64,000 nt of DNA from Eledone cirrhosa. Taxonomy: Eukaryota. The stretch lies in assembly GCA_964016885.1 (NCBI GenBank), contig OZ024741.1, positions 89,032,001-89,096,000 of the forward strand, read 5' to 3'. The notes under the pieces are model-generated. The model worked only from the letters and a program-made list of their open reading frames with translations. It did no database searches and had not been told where the DNA came from. Positions within the stretch are counted from its first letter, which is position 1; each line of letters starts with the position of its first letter. Both the position numbers and the translations under genes were made by a program. Below, piece by piece: positions 42,785-56,176 of the stretch.

Positions 42785-43139
42785 ATATATATATAAAATA
42801 AAGTTAAATAAAAGTCAAATGATTAAAATTTAGCTTCGTTTATTACTGTTATATATATATTTCAGTGACAGCCATCTTTGGCTGTGACCTCTTCAGGCAG
42901 TTTGAATTGGTATGGTATAGACAAGTACATATGTTGTTTAGGTGTATAATATTGTCAATACTCTGATATGCCTAGTTCCTTGTTGGGTTGTTAATTCACT
43001 TGTCTATACCATACCAATTCTAACTGCCTGAAGAGGTCACAGCCAAAGATGGCTGTCACTGAAATATATATATAGCAGTAATAAACGAAGCTAAATTTTA
43101 ATCATTTGACTTTTATTTAACTTTATTTTATATATATAT
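42785..43139. mobile_element. TA-flanked palindromic element (arms 42785-42926 / 42998-43139) with a hammerhead in each arm
   Basis: ~142-bp near-perfect inverted arms around a 71-nt spacer, TA repeats on both sides. Confidence 0.88.
43023..43079 (+). ncRNA. Type I hammerhead ribozyme, intact core (mirror copy 42845-42901 on minus has one stem I mismatch)
   Basis: actgc CTGAAGA ggtcacagcca-aaga-tggctgtcact GAAA tatatata TA| gcagt. 5-bp stem I, long stem II, and a stem III made of TA repeats. Confidence 0.87.
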
Positions 43140-43228
43140 ATATCCAGGGGGTGTAACTAGTAGTTACTGCAGGTTCACCCGGACCTGTTTCTCTGTCTCT
43201 CGATCTGCCCCTCTGTCCGTCACACTTC

Positions 43229-43286
<58 letters not shown>

Positions 43287-44318
43287 ATGCTTGTGTGTGT
43301 GTGAGTGTGGAAAAATTTCACCATATAGGCAACGCAACTTCAAAAACGAACAAAAACGTGTGTGTGTTACTCTGTTCTTCAACATATAGATAGACATCAA
43401 AAGACTTTCTCGGAAAAAAAAACATGTCTGACGAATTTTGATTGAAAACGCGGCATTTTAAGTACACATCTGTCATCATAAAAACCTGAACTGTTTCGAT
43501 AGTTTGGATAACTCTAATACGTGGCCCTGATCTAAATTTGGAATGTTAATATGGCCCTTTCATGCGAAAAGGTTGGGGACCTCTGGTCTACACCATACTT
43601 CTCTCACCTTCTCAAAGATAATAGTGAAGTAGTACACAATAATCATATATTATATATATATATATACGTGCATATATATATGTGTGCATGTATGTATATA
43701 TATATATACATACTACTGTACGTCTGTATACATATGTGTATGTACGTATACATACATAGATACTTACATTTAAGTAAGTGCCGTACTAAGAGTGAGAAAT
43801 GAGATTTCGTTTCATTCTATTCCATTTGTCGTTTTCGGTGCGCCCGGCCGACTAGACTCACTCGGTGTGCAAATTGGGCTGCTCAGCCGTTAATATGCAT
43901 AAGGAAAGTATATACTTTCAGACGTTCAACCATCTGGCAGGAAGGTATACGATGCTCACGATAGCTAATAAGCTTGAAACTAGTACATCGTTCCTGAGAA
44001 AGTGGCTTCCTTGTTCAATCATCTTACCAGAAGCCTGACATTATTTATGTAAGCGGACGGTACTTAATTTAGGAGCCGCAGAAACCCAAATACTGGATTT
44101 TACCAACCTTCCAAGGGCCGGGTAAATTTTCAATACCCGAATTACTTGATCGTTTTTTTTTTGGCTATGCGAATGATTGTTTAACCATCGTCTCAGTGTG
44201 TTTGGCGTTTAACGTTTGTTATAGCTCTGGTTCATCTGAACCATTGAGCACTTGCCGCACATCTCGGAGGTTGTTTTTCGTTATTTCGTGGGCCGAAATG
44301 CGAATCTCGATAATTTAT

Positions 44319-44431
<113 letters not shown>

Positions 44432-44509
44432 TGTTAGGGTGCAAGTTAAATGCGTACGTAGGCGGTATGCCAGATGAGCACTCGATGCTCTTGGGGAGCA
44501 GAGTATCAA

Positions 44510-44812
44510 TAGTATTAATATATAAGGGTACAAAGAATCAGTGTTGCATCATATTCTTATTTAATTACATATTACATATGTTTCACTGTCGATCAGCTCG
44601 AGGGACGAACTATTAATGATCGAACCTGACTCTGGAATCGGAAGCTCCTCAGATATATTTTAACATGTCGACTCGCATCTGAGAGTCGATGAATATTATT
44701 CCGATTCCTTCTTATATGCTACCACAAATTCTGTCATAGTGGTATTTCACCGTGTAATTAAATATGTGTATCATGCAGCACTGATTCTTTGTTCCCTTAC
44801 ATATTAATACTA
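44510..44812. mobile_element. Element with ~60-bp inverted termini (44510-44569 / 44753-44812) and an internal hammerhead
   Basis: tagtattaatatataagggtacaaagaatcagtg... versus ...cactgattctttgttcccttacatattaatacta. The right end runs into (TA)n. Confidence 0.8.
44567..44658 (-). ncRNA. Hammerhead ribozyme with a ~55-nt insertion in stem II
   Basis: Minus strand: atatat CTGAGGA gct[55 nt]agt GAAAC atat GTA| atatgt. All core nucleotides are present and stem III is palindromic. Confidence 0.8.
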
Positions 44813-44835
44813 TATATATATATATATATATATAT

Positions 44836-44956
44836 AACGAAGGAGTTGTGGTAAGGAACCAGATGGACCATAACGCACCAGAGTACTCAATACTTAGGGT
44901 AGTCCAGAAATAGCCGACGAAATGGCTTGAGCTCTGCCGTCGGGGTCATACTTTTT

Positions 44957-44960
<4 letters not shown>
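44836..44960 (-). mobile_element. Family B element with one arm deleted
   Basis: Matches 36551-36620, then jumps to the 36690-36748 equivalent. TA-flanked. Confidence 0.75.
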
Positions 44961-44991
<31 letters not shown>

Positions 44992-45142
44992 AAAGTAAAT
45001 AACAACAAGGAGTACCGTTACGGAAGGTATTAGGTATTAGGTTCACGCTTGAAATTAAATTGTTTAGAACTACAAGTGACGTCATTCATTCTTTTCCCCC
45101 TTTTCAAATATACCTAACTATACCAAGGATTTTACACATTTT

Positions 45143-45180
<38 letters not shown>

Positions 45181-45213
45181 TATATATATATATATAAATG
45201 AAAATATAGAAAT

Positions 45214-45247
<34 letters not shown>

Positions 45248-45318
45248 TATATGTATATATATGTATATGTATATGTATATATGTATATGTATATGTATAT
45301 ATATGTATATGTATATGT

Positions 45319-45368
<50 letters not shown>

Positions 45369-45384
45369 GTATATATGTATGTAT

Positions 45385-45572
45385 ATAGGAAAAGAGTCAG
45401 TACCCCGACGGCTGAGCTCCGGCCGTTTCGACAGCTAGATCTGAGCTGTCGAAACGGCCGGAGCTCAGCCGTCGGGGTCCTGACTCTTTTCCTATTACCC
45501 ACTCTACTACCCTAAGTGTCGAGTACTCTGGTGCGTTATGGTCCACCTGGTATCTTACCACACCTTCTTTGT
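45385..45572 (+). mobile_element. Snap-back half-hammerhead element, family B (most intact copy)
   Basis: Palindrome 45386-45494 centred on the hairpin gacagct-agatctg-agctgtc, followed by GAAacggc-cggagctca-gccGTC ggggtc. It has an 80-nt unpaired tail and TA repeats at both ends. Confidence 0.8.
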
Positions 45573-45982
45573 TATATATATATATGTAGGAATACATACT
45601 TTTATTATTATTCTCCCCTACGCTAGAGAAAACATTTGGTCGTTTGAACGGCTGCTGTTTTTAGTAGCAGTACATTGACCTGTCCACCTAGCCTTTGCCT
45701 TTGCACATGGTACCAGACGCAATTGTTTCTTCTCTCATTCACTCTCATTCGGGAACAGTTTTGTGTGGCGCCAGTCTGTGATTTGAACTCGAGAATTTTA
45801 TATTCTCCGAGTGAGAAAAACCTTCTGACGATGATCTCTTTCTCAATGGAAATCCGCTTGGATTATCTATTTTTTTTTGTGATCGGAAACCGCGGTAAAG
45901 GCACATATAGTAAGTACAGTGAATTTTTTGAAATTTATTAAAAAACTTTTTCTTTATTTGCTAGGCCTTGATTATATATATA

Positions 45983-46244
45983 TATATAAGATCAAAAGAT
46001 GGTTAAATGAGTTCCATGTATTTTATTATGCGCATTTCAAAAACAAATATCATCATGCAATAACATTTGTGTTTTCATCAGATAAAATAGGAAGACCACT
46101 ATCCACAAGTGTTTTTAACCTTCATATCATGTCTTCCTATTTTATCTGATGAAAACACAAATGTTATTGCATGATGATATTTGTTTTTGAAATGCGCATA
46201 ATAAAATACATGGAACTCATTTAACCATCTTTTGATCTTATATA
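45983..46244. mobile_element. TA-flanked palindromic element (arms 45983-46096 / 46131-46244) with a hammerhead in each arm
   Basis: ~114-bp inverted arms that look perfect by eye, a 34-nt spacer, and TA repeats at both ends. Confidence 0.88.
46138..46208 (+). ncRNA. Type I hammerhead ribozyme, intact core (mirror copy 46019-46089 on minus)
   Basis: tattttat CTGATGA [stem II aaacacaaatgttat...atatttgttttt] GAAA tgcgca TA| ataaaata. 8-bp perfect stem I, palindromic stem III (ATGCGCAT), predicted AUA cleavage after 46200. Confidence 0.88.
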
Positions 46245-46331
46245 TTATGTATACTCCAATCCTACAAAATGTAGAGTGCTTCTTATCCGATATCTGCATT
46301 GCTTTATTGTACTACAATAAAACTCACCTCC

Positions 46332-46420
<89 letters not shown>

Positions 46421-46879
46421 TGGCATATTACCCGTAAAAAACGTTGGAGTTTACAGTAAAAATAAAATTATATGTAAAGATACTTGATGCCTCGATTATC
46501 CTTGACCTTCATTTTGACACTCCGGCCATCGCTGTATTTCATTTTATATACATTTAAATCAATTACAATAAGTTTCTTCTGTATTTTCTTTAACCACTAT
46601 CAAACATATATCCACTAAATTATCATGACTTTGTTCTATCTATGAAATCATCATCGAACTTCCATTGGAACTCCTGCTTTGTCATTGTTGTTATTGTTAT
46701 TGTTGTTCTAGTCTGAAGATCGATACATTAGTAAATATACAAACAGATAAATACACAGATTGATTGGCAAGTAGACAGAGACAGACAGACAGATAACCAG
46801 ATGGAGATAGATAGATGGATGTTTTTATTGTCTAAGGATAGATGCATCACTGCATCGCCCCCACCCCCCTCTGTTATGA

Positions 46880-47004
<125 letters not shown>

Positions 47005-47289
47005 GTGGGTAGATAGTTATATGTAGCTGTTGCCATGTAAGTGAGCAGAATGTGGATATGTCTTGTCAACACCGTGTGTGGGAGGAGGAGGTAGGGAGGA
47101 AGATATCACAGCTCATACGTTTTCAAATTTCCACTTCCGCAAAAAATCTATCGCAAAGTAGTTATCACAGCATCTTGGGTTTTATTATTAAAAAAATGGA
47201 TGTATACGTGCATGTATGTTCTTCTGGTTTCATAATTTTATAAATGTTTACCAATAGAGAGAATGTAATTTTCTAACAAGGAATTGGAG

Positions 47290-48790
47290 GCCTTCAATCT
47301 AAATATATTAGGCTTCAGTAAGGTCGGTTGAATTGATATAAGAGAATTTAGATCAGACGACAATACTATTCTGTTTTCAGGACATCGAGATGGAGTACAT
47401 CGAGCTGGTGTGGTCCTTGTCTTATATAAGTCGGCAAACAGGACCCTTGAAGAGTGGGTATCCATAAACAAATGACTATTAACATCAATATCTGTCACCT
47501 CACACGCTAAAGTCAACATCATACAATGCTACATACACTCCTACAAATGAACATAAAGATGCCGGCAAAGATGCCTTCTATTAACAACTCCCGGACACAG
47601 TCAACATGATACCCCATCATGATATTGTCATCAACATGGGAGATATGAATCATCAGATTGGAGGAAGTAGAAAAGGGTTTGAGCATGTCTTTGGTCCTTA
47701 TGGATTTAGTAACCGCACTGACAATGGGATCATCCATTTCTGTGCAATGAACACGAAGATCATCCCTCTTTGATCTCAAGTCCATCCATAAGATCACATA
47801 GGCTTCGAACGACTATGAGACAAGGACCCAGATAGACCACATAGCGATTGGAACTGAATAGAGAGTACTCTGTTTGCAAGATGTTAGAATATATCGAGGC
47901 GCCGATGTCAGCAGCCACCACTACATAGTCATTGCTAAAACTAAGATCGAACTGAGGAGGCAAAAGAACACGACATCATCAAACAAAAGACTCTAGGACA
48001 ACCAACGAGTTCGAGGCAGTTCTTTAAAACAGATTCTCTGCATTAGAAGTCACTCAACCAGGAACATCAGAATGGTGGGAAAACCTAAAGGAAGTAATGC
48101 AACAGTTGGTAAAGAATTACTGAGGTACGAGAAACTCATCAGGGAAATATGGATTAGTGACCACAACAGACAACTAATTAAGGAAAGAACAGCTATACAT
48201 CAAAGAAAGCAGAAGAACGATGAGGACCACAGTGTTTTACAGAAATATACTGAAAAAGACAAGGACATAAAGCATAGTGCTCTAAAAAGACAAACGTCTG
48301 TGGTTGGCGAGCCAAGCTTAAGAAGTAGAGGTCAGCACTAAACAAAATGACATGCCTGTTATATTGCCAAGAAGATCACCGGTACTCCAAAAAGCAGGCC
48401 AGGCCCGATCAAAGCAAAGGATAGAACCCTGCTGTCCAAAGGTGAAGATAAACTTGCGAAATGGGTCGAGCACTTGAAGGAAATACTAAACCAGCCTGAG
48501 CCTGACTTTCTGACGCTAATCAAAGAACCCTCTTATCATCTCTCAATTAACATTGGTAACTTCCCAGGGGAAGAAATACGGAAGGCCACAAAGCCCCCCA
48601 AAATAACATGACACCAGGTATGGATGGCATCACCGCAGATATACTCAAAGGCGGAGGGGAATGCATCATCACATGGATGTGTCAGTTGTGCAACCAGATA
48701 TGGAATACAGGTAAGGTATCGAAGGACTTGAAGAACGGAGCAGATGCCTGCATCCCTCAAAAGGGTAATCCTGCAGAATATGACAACTGG
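47290..48790 (+). mobile_element. RTE-clade LINE fragment (APE endonuclease to start of RT), heavily decayed
   Basis: SGHRDGVHRAGV, VNIIQCY, TQIDHIAI, YRGADVSSHH, WVEHLKEILN, TPGMDGITADILK, IPQKGNPAEYDNW. Confidence 0.82.
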
Positions 48791-50385
48791 AAATGAGTGG
48801 ACTGGAGCAACGTGAAATAAGGTTTCTTGCTCAAGGACACCACGCACCGCCGGGAATCGAACTGACGACCTGACGACCGAGAACCGAATACCCTAACCAC
48901 AAAGCCATGCGTATTCACAGACAATATGCGACATATTTTCGGAGAGAATATTATCATGTATATCAAACTCCAGTAGTTGGCTAATACTCTATTATATCAT
49001 ATATACCGTTAAGATTCGAACACAAAATGTAATGGGTTGTAATGAAACACAACATAATATTTTGTCTACCACTCTATACGGATTTAATATTGATTTCTTT
49101 CGGAGGCACACAGCGAAAAATGGAGAGTGGGGAATAGATTGTGTTGTTTTTAGTCATCGTGTGGTAATTCACTTATTGACCCTGGCAGGATGAAAGGCAA
49201 AGTCGAACCCTGCGGGATTTGAACTCAGAACGTAAAGAGCCGGGACAAATGTTGTAAGGCATTGTGTCCAGCGCTCTAACGTTTCTGCCAATCCACCCTT
49301 CTTCTACATGGAATTAACATTTTTCAAAGAAACCTTAAAATACTTAGTGTAAAGTGAGTCACTTTAAAAATAAAATTTCAAATTTTCTGAAACGAAAATA
49401 AAACTGGTAATAAAACATTATGGACAGTTCTTCAGAGTTAGCGTACATTGTGAGAAAATACTGTAATGAATGACTGGTGTGAACATTAACTATACCACAT
49501 TGGAACCTCCGTCGGTTTAGACAATGAATGATCCAGTTGTTTGATCAACAGAATACCTGTTACTCATGGAATTAGCGTGTAAATGGCTGAGCATTCCAAT
49601 GACACGTGCATCTTTAACATCATTTTCTGGAAGATTCATCGTGACACAGTGTATGACAGAACTGGTCCTTTGAATTACAGGTACAATCTTCCAGATGGGC
49701 TTCCAAACAGTTTCCGTCTACCAAATTTAACTCACAAGGAATGGGCCGACTCGAGACTATGGTAAATGACACATGCCCAGGATACCTTGCAGTAAGATCG
49801 AACATATAACCTAATGATTGCGATGCGAACCTCCTAACCATTCGGCTATTTTGCGTCCTCCTATGCGTCATATCTGAAATCCTGGAGAAGTGGGAGTAGT
49901 TACTAAGGGATATCAAATAAGAAAGAAAAAAAGAAAAGAGGAGAAAGATGCAAGTAAATCAGGAAAATGGGGACAAACGTCGGCTTTGAAGAGTTGGTGG
50001 GGGCAGAAGTAGATGCAATCACATTATACTAAACAGCTGCCTACTTCTCCAAGTGTCATCTACATATTACCTTTCTATGAAGAATGATGTCATAGTAAAA
50101 TCACCATACAATGCACTACGTATGAAAGTTAACTCACGCAATCACACACACAGACACAAACGCGCTACACACACATGGATGCATGCGTAGACATGCACCT
50201 ATGTATATACATACATTCACATACGTCGCACACACAAACACACACACACATACGCGCACACTCATTAAGATACATACATACATATACAAATGTATAGCGT
50301 TTAAATGTTTAATATTGCTCATACATACACACAGCTATACATATCTACGCACGAGCACATACGCATATATATATATATACATACA

Positions 50386-50483
50386 GGGAGTGTAACTTGG
50401 AGTTACTGTAGGTTCACCCGGGTGAGCACTCGATGTTTAGGTTCACTTCTGTGTCGAGGTGTAGAGCTAGACAGAGTGTATTA
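50386..50483 (+). repeat. Short hairpin-rich TA-abutting repeat (reverse copy 31121-31219, partial copy 43144-43182)
   Basis: cagggagtgtaac-ttgga-gttactgtaggttcacccgggtgagcactcgatgtttaggttcactt. Confidence 0.75.
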
Positions 50484-50770
50484 TAGTAAAATAAAACAAG
50501 AACGAGTGGTTACTCCTTCATTACGTTTATTGCTTGATGACGCGCGTTTCGCCACTGATCAGCTCAAGGTTCGATCTGACTTGATCTAGCCCGACTCTGT
50601 AATCCACGGCTCGTCAGACACCTCATTACCATTATGAGGGGTCTGACGAGCCGTGGATTACAGAGGGGGCTAGATCGATACAGATCGAACCTTGAGCTGA
50701 TCAGTGGCCAAACGCGCGTCACCAACCAATAAACGTAATGAAGGAGTAACCACTCGTCCTTGTTTTATTT

Positions 50771-50777
<7 letters not shown>
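50482..50777. mobile_element. Palindromic element (arms 50482-50626 / 50634-50777) with an extended-stem-II hammerhead in each arm
   Basis: ~145-bp inverted arms with several mismatches, a 7-nt loop, and a right end running into (TA)n. Confidence 0.87.
50536..50620 (-). ncRNA. Hammerhead ribozyme with a ~54-nt insertion in stem II (mirror copy 50640-50723 on +)
   Basis: Minus strand: tgt CTGACGA gcc[54 nt]ggc GAAAC gcgc GTC| atc. The plus copy has stem I ggt/acc intact but CAAAC in place of GAAAC. The consensus of the two arms is a complete hammerhead. Confidence 0.8.
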
Positions 50778-50806
<29 letters not shown>

Positions 50807-51173
50807 CGTTTATACTCGTGTAAAAGTCGAATTTTTTAGACCAATTTTTATGGTTAAATTTATGGGGTTCACTATTACATGGATACTACTTTTGAAGGGC
50901 TTGAAATTCAAGCTAGAATCAAAAGTACCATATCAGAAGCAGAAGCTCAACTGATCTCTAAACGGATAAAAACAAAAACAATGAATTACAGTAATATGAC
51001 CGAGTCTATGCATCAAAACATACGTCCTAGTAAATAACAAAAATCTACAAACAAGGCCTCGTAGCTCTTATAAATATTTTTGCTCGTATCCATCAAACTT
51101 AACAGACTTAGTTTAGGGAAATCAATTTGTATCTCATAATTACTGTATATTACCATGTGCAATACATCTACCG

Positions 51174-51376
51174 TAGACCTGTCAACTCTCCCCATCCGAC
51201 GGGGAGATCTCCCACCCACTATGGGCTGGGTGAGAGATGTCTTCTCTTATGAAAATAGGTAGTTTTCATTATGTAAAATCTGCCCATTTTGCCATTATGT
51301 AAAATCTCCCTATTTTGTTTTAGGGCACTTTTTTTCATGGTACCCCCATTTGGGTTTTTAAAGGTTGGCAGTTCTG
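51174..51376 (-). mobile_element. MITE, same family, 6-bp TSD ctaccg
   Basis: Reverse-complement homologue of 12902-13071. TSD at 51168-51173 and 51377-51382. Confidence 0.85.
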
Positions 51377-51914
51377 CTACCGGCATACCAGTACCTACCA
51401 TAACACTGTGCACATGGCCGACACCTGCTCGACGTGTTTCGCATCACAACTCTTCAATCACATTATTTTCATATTTCTGATTAAAGTCCCACATATCACA
51501 GGTGTTTTATGGTAGAGTATATTAGTGCTGCATTTATATTTATAATTAATTCAGTGTAACTTAAGACTTTAAATACCAAAATTGATAAAAGAAGTAGTAA
51601 CACAACACTACTCTCCACCATTAATAATCTCCACCACCATCTCCACCGAAAACGTCTTTTTCTTCATGGTTAGATGAGACGAGCGTTGTACGCATGTGTT
51701 TATTGTGTTTGGAAATGGAGAAAATATAAAGGTTGCAGGCTTGCAGCACATTTTCTGCATACATTTTAGTAATCAACAAATGTGTAGAGCTCGTTATTAT
51801 ATGGTGCTTTATTATAAGCACAGAGCATTCCGCTATAAGCACCAAACACTCCAGCTATGGGACAAGCTACAGTAAGGTAGGCAGACGTTTGGGTAGATTT
51901 TTAGTTTCAGACAT

Positions 51915-52110
51915 CAGACCTGTCACCCCCCATCCGTCCGACAGGAAGATCTACCATTCACTTTGGGGTGGGTAAGAGATATCTTCTCTTGTGAAAATGA
52001 GTATAGCTTTCATTATGTAAAATCTCCTCATTTTGCCTTATTTCTCTTCGTTTTGGGGCACATTTTTTCATGGTACTCCCTGTTTTTAGTTTTAGAGGTT
52101 GGCAGGTCTG
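51915..52110 (-). mobile_element. MITE, same family, 7-bp TSD cagacat
   Basis: TIR cagacctgtca / tggcaggtctg. TSD at 51908-51914 and 52111-52117. Confidence 0.85.
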
Positions 52111-53474
52111 CAGACATGCATTTGCAATAATATAAACTTGTCACAAAATTCATGACTATTTTGTAGCAGTAACATTTTTATTGAAATTTTACTTTTTCAT
52201 TGTTTTAAATTATAAATTTCAATTATTTTATATTTTCTCTTCCACAGGAATTAGGTGTAATTTTCAGTAACAAAATGGCACATATGAAACAAAAAAATCT
52301 GTATGTTTTGTTGTTTCAAAGACTTTATGCTCTCTCTCTCTCTCACACACTCACACAAACACACACACACACACACATATATAACATAACTGGATATATA
52401 TATACATAACTGGATCAAGAACTTACAGTTTCGAGAACAAAACACTGATAAAGTCACATCTTAGCCGTGATTCAGCTGAATTTGGCAAATACTTAATCGA
52501 CGGAATAGAAGAATGGCATTCTTAAGCAACCATATGGACTGCAGATATACCATGCATCTACCGTGCTGATACAGTGGATATATACGTCCTAACTATTGCT
52601 GTCTGTATTTTCTTTTCTTTTTCTATTTAGGATTACATTATACATTTGTCGTTTTTTGTGTTTTAACTCTTAACACCCTGTCCCACATGAAACCGCATTA
52701 ACAAGACATTGTTGAAAAATACAAAACAGCATTATATCAAGATATTATTGCAAATGTTCACAATCATTTGTCTACTAGTAAATATGCTATAATCATTTGA
52801 ATAAACAAAACCGTTTTTATATATTTTTTGCTAAACTATTACAGGATGTTACGAATTAAAGACAGTACGATACAATATGACGAGAAAGAAATTTTGACTA
52901 CTATTTCTAGTAGACCGAACGACTGCGTAGATGTTCTCCTTTTGGTGTCCCATGTAGTAGTCTATTTTACATAATGCAGTGTAACAGGTAGAAACATGTA
53001 AATACGCGGAATGAATGTATATGGTAATGTATTTATATATGTATGAACTAGTAACACCAGATGGAGTCGTAGGGGTATCATCATCACATACATATCCTTT
53101 TCCGGTGGATTTCTTCCAGGGAGAAAGAGAGAGAAGCGGCGATCAACCACAGTACAGAAAGGATGAAAGGTAAAGTTAACCTCAGCAGTATTTGAACTCT
53201 GAATACAGAGAGCCGAAATACCACAAAGCATTCTAACCGACGTTCTAACGATTCTGCCAATCCGCTGCCACCATAGAGTGATATCTATAGCATTTATTCA
53301 TAAATCAAACTGTTACACGACAGAACCCATTAACACCAATCTTGAGATAGCGCTTGACAATAGCAAGAGTGTCACTTCAACTTATTCTCTGGGATAGTCA
53401 AAGTGTACATCCTATAATCTTGAGCCATAAATCAATTTATTTGTCGTTTTGTTTACATATATAAACATTCTCCA

Positions 53475-53812
53475 CATTAAACTCAAACTTAACCGTAACC
53501 TCAAACTTAAAACCAAACTCACCCTAAGCTTAAAGTTAAACTTATAGCCTTAGCCGTAGCATCAACCTTAACCTCAATCTCAACCTTAACCTCAATCTCA
53601 ACCTTAGTCATAACCTTAACCTTAGCCATAACCTTAACCTTAGTCTTAATCTTAGGTTTAGCCATAAACTTAGCCATAAACTTAACCTAGGTCATAGACT
53701 TAGCCTTGAACTTTACCTTAAAATTAAGCTTAGCCTTAGCCATAAACTCAACCTTAACCTTAATGGTTTTAAGTTTTAAGTTTTAAGGTTTAATTAACCC
53801 TAACCTTAACCA
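53475..53812. repeat. Degenerate hexamer array (AACCTT/AGCCTT/AGCCAT)
   Basis: 6-bp periodicity, with one TAACCC unit near the end. Confidence 0.8.
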
Positions 53813-53918
53813 TTTATGTGCCATCTAGTCTTTTCTGTAATTTGGCTGTAATTGTCTAGGTTTTCTGAGCCATACAAGAGTATAGACTCAACTGTGGCCT
53901 TGAAGATTTGTATTTTTA

Positions 53919-54106
<188 letters not shown>

Positions 54107-54194
54107 TTATTAAACTTGATGTTTACACTCTACTAATGTATTGGGTACCTTACCGACTGCATTTATGCCCGATTGAACCCGGGACTTATATATA

Positions 54195-54740
54195 TATACA
54201 CGTATATGACGGTAATCATCTCCTGGAGACCAAGAGAAGAATCACGCTTAGATGAGCAGCCTTCGGAAAGGTATATAACATCTTGAAGAGTCCCAAGGCC
54301 ATCATGAGAATAAAGCGGAAAATATTCAACGAGCCCATCTTGCCAGTGATGACGTATAGCAGTGAGACCTGGACGCTGAATAACACCAGGAAGAACGTAT
54401 TTAGTTTCACCCAGCGAAAGATGGAGTGCATTATGTTGGGTATCACACCGTGTAAGAAGAAGAAGAACACTTGGATCTGACAACAAACTGGAGCCAGCGA
54501 CACAATAACAACCATCAAGACGAACAATCACAGATGGGCTGGCCACATCTCGTGACTCAGTGGCAACAGATGGACGATCAGAGTGGCAGAGTGGACACCA
54601 AGAAAATGGACAAGATTAAAAGGACGTCCAAGGATAAGATAGCGAAACGACCTCACCAACCACCTGGGACCCATATGGCCAAGACTGGCAAGGGACAGAA
54701 GTCGGTGAAAGGAGTCCAGGGAGGGGTTCCTCCTCTGTGA
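54195..54740 (+). mobile_element. RTE-clade LINE 3' fragment
   Basis: KRKIFNEPILPVMTYSSETW...TQRKMECIMLGIT, HRWAGH, EWTPR. Confidence 0.82.
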
Positions 54741-55019
54741 GTTATTTGAAGACCCTGGATCAAGATATATATATATATATGAAACATAATAAAGATTTGA
54801 AAAAAGCTCCTGGTGTGTTTTAATTTATCATATATACATGTTACGTGTATAGTATGGAACAAAAAAAAAAAATTTTGTTGAAAACAATTTTTGTACTCGA
54901 TCAGTTTCCCTTACAAACCTTTCAAAAGTATTTTCATGCCTAATTTTCTAACTTTCCATTTGTAATGGTATTGTTGCGGCGAAGAATATTATTTTGCTGT
55001 GTTTGATGAAGTCTATAAT

Positions 55020-55530
55020 GTTATTGATGTAAATAACGAAGAGAAGTAGGCTCAACACAGTGCGTTGTGGGATTCCAGTATTGACTTTGGCTGAGTGTTA
55101 TCGTCTTCCTTCGACCACAACATGCTGGGATCTGTTTACCACGAAAACACACTTGACCCACTATTGTAGCTTTTCACAGACTCCAACTGTTTCTTCAAAA
55201 GGTTGCTGTGATCAACCTTCATAAAGACCTTACTGAAATTAAGGTATATGACATGAGTGTTGAAGAACTCTTGCAAAGCCTTAAGGATGCGATAATCAAA
55301 GTGATGCAGAAACTGCGTTAGGTACTCCCTGCCATCGCAGAACCTATGCTGGTTGAAATTCAGAAGATTGTTACTTTCGAGCATCTCACAACCCTCTCAA
55401 ATACATTAATGATATGAGAGGTGAATGAGATTGGACGATAATTCACTGCGAGGGACTTGTTTTCCTTTCTGAAAACTGGAACGATAGACGGAGACAGAAT
55501 ATGTTCAGGGATATGGCCTGCATTAGTGAG
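55020..55530 (-). mobile_element. CR1/Jockey-group LINE RT fragment
   Basis: NYRPISFTSHIINVFERVV, LESNNLLNFNQHRF, VIYLNFSKVFMKVDH, GIPQ. Confidence 0.8.
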
Positions 55531-56176
55531 TTCCCCTAGAGATTAGTTAGATAACAAATAGCATCTATGGGTTTTTATTTCTTTATTTCTTTAAATATGT
55601 CTATGTACTCTAACGTCATATCATGAGATATCTAAACTATAATAAAGTAAGAAGCGCGGAACTGCGTACGGTTTATACTTTTTTTTATCCCATTAGTAAA
55701 ATAAGTTGGATTACTTTGAATAAATAATGAATGAATATTACATAATTTATCTACTAAATTTCGTGGCTGTTCATTAAATATATTTTATTACTTATTTAAA
55801 GATTCACTTCTTTAAAATTTTCAAATGTCAACACTTCCGGTTATCGATCGTTTAAATAAATATTCGTATATTTCCGTCACTAATTTTCTCCTAATGCAGT
55901 TTATATATAATATCGTCTTTTTTAATGTATCATGGATTATGTTACTGATTACATAAGACAGTGTAACACAGTCTTCGTTCAATTTCTGTGTATATTGTCA
56001 ATTACGATTTTATTTGATCATATCTACATGCATATATACTTGCGTATAATATCAATATACACACTACACATGCTAGCAGATATATAATATCGTCTTTTTT
56101 AATGTATCATGGATTACGTTACTGATTACAAAAGAGAGTGTAACAGTCTTCGTTCAATTTCTGTGTATATTGTCAA

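Noticed and set aside
43424-43460. CTGACGA...GAAA string
   Set aside because: No credible stem II or NUH cleavage site.
53475-53812. Interstitial telomere
   Set aside because: Only one canonical TAACCC unit; the rest is a degenerate AACCTT-type array.
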